Assembly: GCA_043827025.1 (NCBI GenBank)
Contig: JBDRPL010000030.1
Span: 1 to 48,499 of the forward strand
Length of the DNA stretch: 48,499 bases
Direction of reading: 5' to 3'
Origin: Candidatus Micrarchaeota archaeon
GTDB taxonomy: Archaea; Micrarchaeota; Micrarchaeia; Anstonellales; Bilamarchaeaceae
Each line of letters starts with the position of its first letter. Within the stretch, counting starts at the first letter, position 1. Positions 9,497-18,282 of this stretch are shown here, in pieces. Below the pieces are notes generated by a model. The model did not search any database, was not told the DNA's origin, and saw nothing but the letters and a program-made list of their open reading frames with translations. Made by a program: the position numbers and the translations under genes.

Positions 9497-9883
9497 ATGC
9501 AAATAGAAAAACTGAAGCTAGACGAAAAAGGGCGCATTGTGCTTCCCGCGAAATACAGGGATTACCTTGGGTTGGAATCTGGCGATTCTTTATTTGCGTC
9601 TCTTGATGAAAAAAATAAAAGTATAATCCTATCGATACATTCAGATTCTGATACCTATCTTTTGAGCATAGGGATGGGAGATGCGCCAGGAACGCTTGCA
9701 AAACTTGCAAAGGTTCTGGTAGACAATGAAGTTGATCTGATATCAACAGAATCCCATTCTACCAACAGAACAAAAAGCGCAGTCTGGAGAGTCATATGCA
9801 AACTTGATAAAAAGAAAATAACAAAGATAGAAAAGGAATTGAAGAAAGAAGGGGCTGTTTCTGTAGAGGTTAGGGCGGATTAA
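9497..9883 (+). CDS. AbrB/MraZ-like DNA-binding domain fused to an ACT domain (putative amino-acid-responsive regulator)
   Basis: KLDEKGRIVLPAKYRDYLGLESGD followed by DAPGTLAKLAKVL...VDLIS. Confidence 0.8.
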   Translation: MQIEKLKLDEKGRIVLPAKYRDYLGLESGDSLFASLDEKNKSIILSIHSDSDTYLLSIGMGDAPGTLAKLAKVLVDNEVDLISTESHSTNRTKSAVWRVICKLDKKKITKIEKELKKEGAVSVEVRAD

Positions 9884-10551
9884 CCTTCAAACCTCAGATC
9901 AGCATGTGATGGGACAATGATTATGTTTGACCAAGTTGCCCATTCCTCCATTTTTCTCAATTTAGAATCTGTTTTATGGTCCCGTACAGCCGTGCAGTCT
10001 TCTGGAATTATCAATCCATAATTAGCTTGAGATAAGGTCATAACTGCCCCCTTGAAGCAATTGTCAGTCGTGAATCCAACAAGAAGAATTCGGCTTCCAT
10101 CCCCTAACCATTGAATCAAGCCATTCGGTTTTCCACCGAAATGCCCTGTATGTTCTGAGGTGTCTTTCTTGAAAATTGGCTCACCACCATGTGGAATGTC
10201 TTCATAGATCTGCACGCGCCAATCAGGAGACGCACTGCCTGACTTTGGATTTGTTACAGAAGAATCAATAACACAAAGCAATGGATCAGGATAATCTGTA
10301 AACTGCCCTTTGGAATAATTTGCCGCAATCCAGCAAATAGGAACATTGTTTGTTCTAAGAGTGTCAACAAGCACAGATATGTTACCCGAAGCTTTCTGGA
10401 TACTGGCGATTCCACGTGTTGGATCGTTCTTCGCAGTATTTCCAAAGGAACCGTCAGGATGACAAAAGTCATTCTGTTTATCCACTACAACCGCACGAAT
10501 TCCCCTTTTGGATAAAGTTAGTGATGTATGTTTCATATTAAACACCTTCAA
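9880..10551 (-). CDS. Isochorismatase/cysteine hydrolase family protein
   Basis: VVVDKQNDFCHPDGS, IFKK, VGFTTDNC, IPEDCTA. Confidence 0.8.
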   Translation of the reverse strand: MKVFNMKHTSLTLSKRGIRAVVVDKQNDFCHPDGSFGNTAKNDPTRGIASIQKASGNISVLVDTLRTNNVPICWIAANYSKGQFTDYPDPLLCVIDSSVTNPKSGSASPDWRVQIYEDIPHGGEPIFKKDTSEHTGHFGGKPNGLIQWLGDGSRILLVGFTTDNCFKGAVMTLSQANYGLIIPEDCTAVRDHKTDSKLRKMEEWATWSNIIIVPSHADLRFEG

Positions 10552-10707
10552 TTATATTGCCACACATTAAGCTCTAGTGGGAATAATGTGGGAATAGGTT
10601 TAAAAACATTTCCATGCGTAATAGAAACAGCGCAAAACTAACAAAACGCTAGACTCAAGACCCGAAAGCCGGGACTAAAAACCGAAAACTGATTGGAGGT
10701 GTGCTAA

Positions 10708-10785
10708 ATGACAGAAACAAAAAATGCAAACGGAAGGGATTTACTTCATCAACCTAACCACACCCATAACACAGAAAAATGCTAG
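10708..10785 (+). promoter_or_regulatory. Putative his leader uORF (MTETKNANGRDLLHQPNHTHNTEKC) overlapping the 5' end of hisD
   Basis: GGAGGTG SD at 10695-10701, 6 nt before ATG 10708; three His codons; TAG at 10783-10785; the hisD frame is +1 relative to it. Confidence 0.5.
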
Positions 10786-12079
10786 GATATATTGCGGCGA
10801 AGAAGCAGAGCTTATTTTCCAAAGACTGAATGCAAGGTCAAATATAGATGTTTCAAAACCAGTGGGCGAACTTCTTGCAGAATTGGATTTGAAAGGATTC
10901 AGGGCAGTTGTTGAACTAACTAAAAAATTCGATAAATTCGATCTTAATCCTGAAAATATTCGAATTGGCAAAGAAGAGATTGCAGAACAAGCCGCTAAAA
11001 TTACTAAGAAACAAAAGGAATCGATTGACGAATCATTTGAACGAGTGTATTCATTCCAAAAAAAGGTTGCCGAATCTATAATACCGATTTGTGAAGAGAA
11101 GGATAGGCGAAACACAAAACTCGTTCCAAGGCCAATCGAGCGAGTCGGAATTTGGATACCTGGAGGATTAGCACCTTTACCCTCATCCTTACTTATGGCA
11201 GGAGCAACTGCAAGAGCTGCTGGAGTCAAGAGCCTAATTGGCATAACTCCCCCAAGAACCGAATTGAATCCTGCCGTTGCTTATATTCTACAAAAACTCG
11301 AAATCAAAGACATGTTCCGGATGGGTGGTGTTCCAGCAATATGGGCAATGGCAAATGGACTTGCGCCATATTTTGAAAAAGTAGATATGGTATGCGGTCC
11401 CGGAAATATGTATGTTGCAGAAGCAAAACGGCAGGTACGCGGACAGGGGAAAGTTGGGATTGATTTAGATGCTGGGCCTAGCGAAGTATTGATTCTGGCA
11501 GATGAAACCGCTAACTCCACATACGTGGCAGCAGACATGCTTGCACAGGCAGAGCACGGACCAACATCCCCAGGAATTCTGATAACTGATTCGGAAAGAA
11601 TTGCCAAAGAAACTCAAGAAGAAATAGGGATACAGCTGACAATGCTGAAAAGAGGGATGGAAACTGAAATTGCAATACAAGAATACGGTGGAATCCTACT
11701 TGTAAGGGATTTTGCCGAAGCGCTAAACTTGGCAAACCAATATGCTTCAGAGCACTTGGAGATATTCTGCTCAGATGAAACGCTTGAAAAAATACGTGGA
11801 TCACTTCCACCTGCAGGAGCTGTTTTCATAAGAACTGGCGAGGCATTCGCAGACTATGGATTCACAGGTGGAAACCACATACTTCCAACAGGAGGAAGTG
11901 CAAGATTCTCATCAGGGCTTTCTGCGCTTAGCTTCATCACTTGGCAATACCAGGAAGAAATGTCAGAGGGTGAGCAGAAAAAAGCAGCAGAAGGAACAGG
12001 CATTTTTGCAGATATAGAAGGATTGGAAGCACACGCAAATGCTGCAAGGATAAGGGATATTGAAAGTAAAGACAAATAG
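10724..12079 (+). CDS. hisD: Histidinol dehydrogenase
   Basis: VGIWIPGG, GPGNMYVAEAK, GIDLDAGPSE, DMLAQAEH, YASEHLE, GGNHILPTGGSARFSSGL, EGLEAHA. Confidence 0.95.
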   Translation: MQTEGIYFINLTTPITQKNARIYCGEEAELIFQRLNARSNIDVSKPVGELLAELDLKGFRAVVELTKKFDKFDLNPENIRIGKEEIAEQAAKITKKQKESIDESFERVYSFQKKVAESIIPICEEKDRRNTKLVPRPIERVGIWIPGGLAPLPSSLLMAGATARAAGVKSLIGITPPRTELNPAVAYILQKLEIKDMFRMGGVPAIWAMANGLAPYFEKVDMVCGPGNMYVAEAKRQVRGQGKVGIDLDAGPSEVLILADETANSTYVAADMLAQAEHGPTSPGILITDSERIAKETQEEIGIQLTMLKRGMETEIAIQEYGGILLVRDFAEALNLANQYASEHLEIFCSDETLEKIRGSLPPAGAVFIRTGEAFADYGFTGGNHILPTGGSARFSSGLSALSFITWQYQEEMSEGEQKKAAEGTGIFADIEGLEAHANAARIRDIESKDK

Positions 12080-12088
12080 GTGGAAAGA

Positions 12089-13795
12089 ATGGATAAAATA
12101 GCAAATAGCATTAGAAAAGAGATTCAAGAAATGTCGCCATATGCTGGCGGAGAAGTCATTGATATAGAAGTAAAACTGAACCAAAACGAATCCCCGTTCA
12201 ATCTACCAAAGAAGATAATTGAAAAGATAAAGCAGAAGATGGATTCAATAAAATTCAATAGATATAACGAAGGGTCCTTGAAAAGGCTCAGGGAACTGAC
12301 TGCCAAGAAGTTCAATGTTGATGCAAACCAGATAATCTATGGCTGCGGAATAGATGAATTGCTTTATTATCTAACAATGGCTGTTGTAGACAAGGGCAAC
12401 AAGATAGTTCGGCCAGTGCCAAGCTTTGGAATGTACAGGATATGCTCAAAGGTTTTTGGAGCAAACGACACACCAGTAATGCTGGACAAGAATTTTGAAT
12501 TGACTGAAGAATTCGTAAAAGAAAGCAAGGATGCGAAGCTGACATTCATCTGCAGGCCGAACAGCCAGACTGCAAACTCCTGGGACAAGAAAACTATTGA
12601 AAAGATAGTGAAAGAAACTTCGGGGATAGTTTGCATTGACGAGGCATACGCAGAATTTGCAAATGATGACTGCATGGATCTTCTGAAATACGACAATGTA
12701 GTGATAATGAGGACCTTCTCAAAGGCATATCTTGCAGCAGGGTTACGGCTTGGTTATGCAATTGGAAACAAAAGAATGATAGAGTTAATGAATAGGGTCA
12801 GATTGCCTTGGAATGTGAATGTTGTTTCACAGGCAATTGGGGAGATAATACTTGAAAACGAAGAAATATTCCAGGAAAGATTGGATAGGATAAAGGAGAA
12901 TAGAAGCAAACTAATTGAAGAAATGAAGAAAATTGTGAAAGTACTGCCAACTGAAACAAATTTCATTTCTTTTGAAGTTAAAAATCCAAAACAGATATGT
13001 GCTGAATTGAAAACAAGAGGAGTTCTGATACGAGACATAAGTAAGTATCCAATGCTTGAGAATTTCCTACGGGTGAATGTAGGCACAAATGAAGAAAACA
13101 AAAAGTTCATTGAAACATTAAAATCAATATTAGCTGGAAGAAATACCAAACTTAATGCAATAATCTTCGACATAGATGGTGTCCTAGTAGATGTTTCCAA
13201 ATCTTACAGGGAAGCAATAAAGTTGACTGTTGAAAAGTTCAGCGGAAGAAAGCCAAGCGATGAAGAGATTGAAGCTGTGAAGAAAAAACCAAACTCAAAC
13301 AACGATTGGGTTGTTACCTATGCACTTGCAACAGATTTCAAGAGAGACCTTTCGAAGATAGATAGAAATGATGGCGAATATTTGAAGATGAAGGCGCAAT
13401 TCCAGGAATACTATTTGGGCGGATTGATTGATAATGAGGAACTGTTGATTAAGCCCGAGAGTTTCAAAAAACTGGAAGCAAGAGGAATCAGAGTTGGAGT
13501 TGTGACCTCACGTCCAAGATACGAAGCACTCTATGTTTTGAAAAGAATTGGAAAATTCAATGAAGAAATATTTGATGAAGAGCTTGTGGTTGCGCAGGAA
13601 GACTGCGATGAGGAAAAACCATCGCCAAAGCCAATCAGAAAAGTGCTTGAAAGAATGAAGATCAAAGCTGGAGATGCAACATATATTGGAGACACCATCA
13701 ACGACAAACTGGCTGCCAACATGGCAGAAGTAATGTACGAAGAAGTAAACTCAGAACAAAATGTGAATGACATTCTAAGGAGGTTGTTGAAATGA
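12089..13795 (+). CDS. hisC: Histidinol-phosphate aminotransferase fused to a C-terminal HAD phosphatase (putative histidinol-phosphatase)
   Basis: KLNQNESPF, IDEAYAEF, RTFSKAY.AAGLRLGY; then IIFDIDGVLVDVSKSY, VTSRP, KPSP, YIGDTINDK. Confidence 0.92.
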   Translation: MDKIANSIRKEIQEMSPYAGGEVIDIEVKLNQNESPFNLPKKIIEKIKQKMDSIKFNRYNEGSLKRLRELTAKKFNVDANQIIYGCGIDELLYYLTMAVVDKGNKIVRPVPSFGMYRICSKVFGANDTPVMLDKNFELTEEFVKESKDAKLTFICRPNSQTANSWDKKTIEKIVKETSGIVCIDEAYAEFANDDCMDLLKYDNVVIMRTFSKAYLAAGLRLGYAIGNKRMIELMNRVRLPWNVNVVSQAIGEIILENEEIFQERLDRIKENRSKLIEEMKKIVKVLPTETNFISFEVKNPKQICAELKTRGVLIRDISKYPMLENFLRVNVGTNEENKKFIETLKSILAGRNTKLNAIIFDIDGVLVDVSKSYREAIKLTVEKFSGRKPSDEEIEAVKKKPNSNNDWVVTYALATDFKRDLSKIDRNDGEYLKMKAQFQEYYLGGLIDNEELLIKPESFKKLEARGIRVGVVTSRPRYEALYVLKRIGKFNEEIFDEELVVAQEDCDEEKPSPKPIRKVLERMKIKAGDATYIGDTINDKLAANMAEVMYEEVNSEQNVNDILRRLLK

Positions 13796-14415
13796 GAAAG
13801 GCTACTGAAAAAAGAGAGACAAGGGAAACGCAGATTACTGTGGAAATTGACCTTGACGGAACAGGAAAATCCGGAATAAATACAGGGATCGGATTCTTTG
13901 ACCACATGCTCACTGCGCTTTCCAGGTATTCCATGATTGACATGAAAATAGATGCAAAAGGCGATCTTGAAACAGGAACACATCACACCATTGAGGATGT
14001 TGGCATAGTACTAGGAAGCGCAATTGCAAAGGCACTTGGCGAGAAAAGAGGCATTAATCGTGCTGGATTCTTCGAATTTAAGTACATGATGGACGATGCT
14101 ATAGCTGAATCCATGATCGACCTTTCCGGAAGGGGAAGGCTGATATTCGAAGACAAGAATGGCGACCCGCTCAAGTACAGCTGTGAAGTCGTTGGAGCGC
14201 CAAACGGAGGATTTGCATCTGAAGACGTGAAGGAGTTCTTCTGGGCAATGGCAAGCAACATGAAAGCTAATATTGCAATTCGATTGACAACGGCAGGAAA
14301 TAGCCACCACGAAGTCGAAGCAACTTTCAAAGCATTCGGAAAGGCATTGCGCATGGCCTGTGAATACGATTCAAAATCAAAGGGCGAGGTGCCAAGCACA
14401 AAGGGAGTAATCTAA
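13792..14415 (+). CDS. hisB: Imidazoleglycerol-phosphate dehydratase
   Basis: RETRETQI, TGIGFFDHML, HHTIEDVGI, NSHHEVEATFKAFG, VPSTKG. Confidence 0.96.
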   Translation: MRKATEKRETRETQITVEIDLDGTGKSGINTGIGFFDHMLTALSRYSMIDMKIDAKGDLETGTHHTIEDVGIVLGSAIAKALGEKRGINRAGFFEFKYMMDDAIAESMIDLSGRGRLIFEDKNGDPLKYSCEVVGAPNGGFASEDVKEFFWAMASNMKANIAIRLTTAGNSHHEVEATFKAFGKALRMACEYDSKSKGEVPSTKGVI

Positions 14416-14443
14416 AGAGAAACGAAATTTACAGGTGATAAAT

Positions 14444-15250
14444 ATGAAAATAGCGATACCAAACAAGGGAAGATTATACGATAAGACAGTTGAACTGCTG
14501 GAATTGACTGGAATCAAAGTGCCAAAAAATGAAAGGAAATTGATTGCAAGCACGAACATCGAAGATATCAAGATAATATTTGCAAGGGCTTTGGACATTC
14601 CTTGGTATGTTGAAAGCAAGGCGGCTGATGTAGGCATAACCGGCGAGGACATGATAATGGAAAGCGGGGCAGATGTTGAAAAGCTGTTGAAACTGAATTT
14701 TGGAAGCTGCAGGATTGCACTTGCAAGCCAGAATGGAAAGAAAGATAGAATTGCAACAAAGCTTCCGAATATTGCGAAAAAATACTTTCCAAATGCCACA
14801 ATCATCAATATGAATGGAGGATGTGAAGCTGCACCAAAGCTGGGAATCTCAGATGCAATAGTGGATCAAGTAAGTAGCGGAGATACACTTAACGCGAATA
14901 ATCTGAATATTGATCGAATACTGTTCGAATCATCAATTTATTTGATCGGAAATTCGCAGAGCAAAGATGATGAAAAAGTCGAAGAATTGAAGCTGGGATT
15001 GGAAGGTGTGCTAACTGCAGAGGAAAAGAGATACATAATGTACAATGTCACAAGCGACAAGGACCTGAAAACAGCTGTGAAAGTCACGCCGGCAATGGAA
15101 AGCCCAACTGTTCTGAAACTGGCAAAGGAAGGCGAATATTCTGTGCATTCTGTTGTTGATGTGAAAGAATTGATGCCTGCAATCCGAAAGATCAAGGAGG
15201 CTGGAGGAAAGGACATACTTGTATTAAACATGTCTCGAGTAGTGTCCTGA
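14444..15250 (+). CDS. hisG: ATP phosphoribosyltransferase (long form)
   Basis: KIAIPNKGRL, ARALDIP, DVGITGED, DAIVDQVSSGDTL, C-terminal regulatory domain SPTV. Confidence 0.95.
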   Translation: MKIAIPNKGRLYDKTVELLELTGIKVPKNERKLIASTNIEDIKIIFARALDIPWYVESKAADVGITGEDMIMESGADVEKLLKLNFGSCRIALASQNGKKDRIATKLPNIAKKYFPNATIINMNGGCEAAPKLGISDAIVDQVSSGDTLNANNLNIDRILFESSIYLIGNSQSKDDEKVEELKLGLEGVLTAEEKRYIMYNVTSDKDLKTAVKVTPAMESPTVLKLAKEGEYSVHSVVDVKELMPAIRKIKEAGGKDILVLNMSRVVS

Positions 15251-15273
15251 CGAAATCTAGATCAGAATTTGAT

Positions 15274-15864
15274 GTGATGAAAATGATAGGGATCATTGAT
15301 TACGGAGCTGGGAATGCTGCAAGTGTAAAAAACGCGCTTGACAAGCTTGGTGTTGGATCAGTGATAACCAGCAACATAGAAAAAATGGAAAAATGCGATT
15401 CACTAATATTACCAGGGGTCGGAGCTTTTGGGAATGCTATGGATTCGTTGAAGGGCAAAATCCAAATGATAAATGATTGGAAGAAACCATTTCTTGGCAT
15501 ATGTCTTGGGATGCAGGTACTATTTGAAAGAAGCGATGAGAATCCAGAAGCAGAAGGACTGGGCATCATTAAGGGAAGCGTGAGGAAATTCAATGGAATT
15601 CGGACTCCGCAAATAGGTTGGAACAAAATCGAAAATGTAAAAGGACAGTTATTCGACAAAGAAGGTTTCGTGTATTTCGTCAACTCATATTATTGCAAAC
15701 CGGATGCAAACGAAAATGTAACGACCAGCACAACAAATTACGGAATTGAATTCGTTTCATCTGTGCGGAAGAACAATTTCTATGGTGTGCAGTTCCACCC
15801 TGAAAAGAGCAGTGAGTTCGGTTTGAAGATTCTTGAAAGATTTGCGAGGTTGTCCAAATGCTAG
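15274..15864 (+). CDS. hisH: Imidazole glycerol phosphate synthase glutaminase subunit
   Basis: IDYGAGN, LPGVGAF, LGICLGMQ, GVQFHPEKS. Confidence 0.96.
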   Translation: MMKMIGIIDYGAGNAASVKNALDKLGVGSVITSNIEKMEKCDSLILPGVGAFGNAMDSLKGKIQMINDWKKPFLGICLGMQVLFERSDENPEAEGLGIIKGSVRKFNGIRTPQIGWNKIENVKGQLFDKEGFVYFVNSYYCKPDANENVTTSTTNYGIEFVSSVRKNNFYGVQFHPEKSSEFGLKILERFARLSKC

Positions 15865-16526
15865 TGATACCTGCAATCGACCTGCTTGACGGCAAATGCG
15901 TGCGCCTTGTGCAAGGCAAAAGAGAGCTGTGCACCGTTTACTCTGATGATCCAATCAAAACAATTGAACAGTTCAAGAAAGACGGTGCAAAACTAGTCCA
16001 CGTTGTTGATCTTAATGGGGCGTTCGAAGGCAGCATGAAGAACTTCGAAATTATTGCAAAACTAGCTGCAATTGTTGAGATAGAGGTGGGTGGAGGAGTG
16101 CGAACAAAGGAAAGGATTGACCAGCTAAAGAGTATTGGAGTAAACAGAATAATCGTTGGGACAAACCTGGATGAACTGAAAAAATACGGAGTTATCGGAG
16201 GATTGGATTTCAAAGACGGAAAGCTTGCAACAAATGGATGGATAAAGAACAAAGAAATCGAAATTGGCGAACTGCTTGAAGGAATGAAAGAGGTCATTGT
16301 CACAGATGTTAAAACAGATGGCATGTTACAAGGACCAAATCTGGAACTCATCAAACAAATCAAATCATTTGGAATTGAAGTAATTGCATCAGGTGGGATC
16401 CGAAGCCTGGATGATCTAATGGAACTGAAAAAAATAGGGGTTAATGGCACCATAATCGGAAAGGCGATTTACGAAGGAAAAATAAACCTGAAGGAGGCGA
16501 TTCAAAAGTGTTGGCTAAGCGCATAA
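15858..16526 (+). CDS. hisA: ProFAR isomerase
   Basis: IPAIDLLDGKCVRLVQG, HVVDLNGA, EVGGGVR, DGMLQGPN, IASGGI. Confidence 0.95.
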   Translation: MLVIPAIDLLDGKCVRLVQGKRELCTVYSDDPIKTIEQFKKDGAKLVHVVDLNGAFEGSMKNFEIIAKLAAIVEIEVGGGVRTKERIDQLKSIGVNRIIVGTNLDELKKYGVIGGLDFKDGKLATNGWIKNKEIEIGELLEGMKEVIVTDVKTDGMLQGPNLELIKQIKSFGIEVIASGGIRSLDDLMELKKIGVNGTIIGKAIYEGKINLKEAIQKCWLSA

Positions 16527-17263
16527 TTCCTTGCCTGGACATGGCAGATGGGCGAGTGGTAAAAGGAACTAACTTCATCGACCTAAGGGATGCCGGAGAT
16601 GCAGTTGAACTTGCCAAATATTATTATGAAAATGGTGCGGATGAACTTTGCTTCCTAGACATAACAGCAACAGTTGAAACCCGAGAACCAATCTATGAGA
16701 TGATCAAAAAGGTTGCAAAGGAGATATTCATTCCATTTTCAGTAGGCGGAGGCATAAAAACAGTTGAAGATGCTGAAAGGATATTGAAGTGCGGGGCTGA
16801 GAAAATTGTAATCGGAAGTGCTGCAGTAAGGAATCCGAATCTGATACAAAAGCTAGCAAATAAGTTTGGAAGCCAGGCAGTTGTAATATCTATTGACGCC
16901 AAAAGAAATGGAATGGGGTGGAACCAATTCATAAACGGTGGGAGAGTTAATAGTGAAATAGATACGATTGAATTCGCCAAGACGATGGAGCAGTTTGGCG
17001 CAGGCGAGATATTGCTCAATTCGATTGACAAGGATGGAACCAAAAAAGGGTTTGATATTGAATTGTGCAATGCAGTATGCAAAGCAGTTAATATTCCAGT
17101 GATTGCCTCAAGCGGAGCCAAAAACGTTGGCAGTTTCGTGGAAGTTTTCCAGAAGACGGATGTTAATGCCGCATTGGCAGCAAGCATATTCCACTTCGGA
17201 GAAGTACGAATTGGAGATTTGAAAAATAAACTAAAGGAAAAAGGAGTTGAGATACGTGATTAG
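16508..17263 (+). CDS. hisF: Imidazole glycerol phosphate synthase cyclase subunit
   Basis: LAKRIIPCLD, VVKGTNF, GADELCFLDIT, GAGEILLNSIDKDGT, AALAASIFH. Confidence 0.97.
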   Translation: MLAKRIIPCLDMADGRVVKGTNFIDLRDAGDAVELAKYYYENGADELCFLDITATVETREPIYEMIKKVAKEIFIPFSVGGGIKTVEDAERILKCGAEKIVIGSAAVRNPNLIQKLANKFGSQAVVISIDAKRNGMGWNQFINGGRVNSEIDTIEFAKTMEQFGAGEILLNSIDKDGTKKGFDIELCNAVCKAVNIPVIASSGAKNVGSFVEVFQKTDVNAALAASIFHFGEVRIGDLKNKLKEKGVEIRD

Positions 17264-17831
17264 ATTCAACAAAAATGGCCTTGTGCCAATAATAATTCAG
17301 GATGCGAATACAAAACAAGTACTTTCATTGTTCTATGCGAACGAAGCATCAATCCAAAAAATGAAAGAAACTGGGTTTGTCTATAGATATTCCAGAAGCA
17401 AGGGAAAAGTAATGAAAAAGGGGGGGGAATCAGGAAACGTGCAGAAAGTAGTTGAAATAATTGAGGATTGTGATTCTGACGCACTGCTTGTCTTGGTTGA
17501 GCCAAGAGGGCCCGCTTGCCACAAGAATACTACCTCCTGTTTTGAGGATTCGGTTTTCGCATCGCCAATTTTGGAAAGACTAGGACAAATAATTGAAGAA
17601 AGAAAAAAGAATCCAAAAGAGGGCAGCTACACTTGCAAGTTGCTTGCCGATAACGAATTACTTAAATCAAAGCTAATGGAAGAGCTAGACGAACTGATAA
17701 ACTTCAAAGACAAAGATAATCTAGCCTGGGAAGCTGCAGATTTGATATATTTCATCATGGTTTTTATTAAGAAGAACAATAGAAATATCAAGGATGTTGA
17801 AAAAGAGCTTGAAAAGAGAATGCTGAAGTAG
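17256..17831 (+). CDS. hisIE: Bifunctional phosphoribosyl-AMP cyclohydrolase / phosphoribosyl-ATP pyrophosphatase
   Basis: GLVPIIIQD, KGGESGN, DCDSDALL, GPACH...SCF; then GSYT, EE...E, WEAADLIY. Confidence 0.93.
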   Translation: MIRFNKNGLVPIIIQDANTKQVLSLFYANEASIQKMKETGFVYRYSRSKGKVMKKGGESGNVQKVVEIIEDCDSDALLVLVEPRGPACHKNTTSCFEDSVFASPILERLGQIIEERKKNPKEGSYTCKLLADNELLKSKLMEELDELINFKDKDNLAWEAADLIYFIMVFIKKNNRNIKDVEKELEKRMLK

Positions 17832-17862
17832 ATTATTTAATTTTACATGCCATCATTCTGCT

Positions 17863-18243
17863 ATGAAAATCGAAAAGATAGTACACAATTCCAAGGAATA
17901 TGATGGAGACTATAATTCGGATCCGAGACGCGTACAGCTCATAATCACTCCTGAAAGCATGAAATATAACATCACAGAAAAAAACGGTGAAAAAAATAAT
18001 AAAACAAAGAAGACACCTGAAAAAGGGTTCGAAGAACTAGTTAAAGTTATAGAAAGGAGCAAGTTCTTCTCCTGGAAAGTGAAGGATGAATTTGATTGTG
18101 ACCGGCCGCAGGATGAAGAAACATTGTACATACTTACGGATTCCAAGAAAAAATCGATTTCTTTATCCGTAAGTGTAATATCTGATGCCATAGGCAAGAT
18201 AGTGAAAAAGATGTATGGAGTTTGGAGAAACACAATAAAGTGA
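17863..18243 (+). CDS. Hypothetical protein
   Basis: 126-aa ORF. Confidence 0.6.
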   Translation: MKIEKIVHNSKEYDGDYNSDPRRVQLIITPESMKYNITEKNGEKNNKTKKTPEKGFEELVKVIERSKFFSWKVKDEFDCDRPQDEETLYILTDSKKKSISLSVSVISDAIGKIVKKMYGVWRNTIK

Positions 18244-18282
18244 ATGGTTTAATTACCCAGCCTGCAATAATCCGAAATACGT

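Noticed and set aside
10614..10652. Short ORF MRNRNSAKLTKR upstream of hisD as an attenuator peptide
   Set aside because: No His codons and no evident SD
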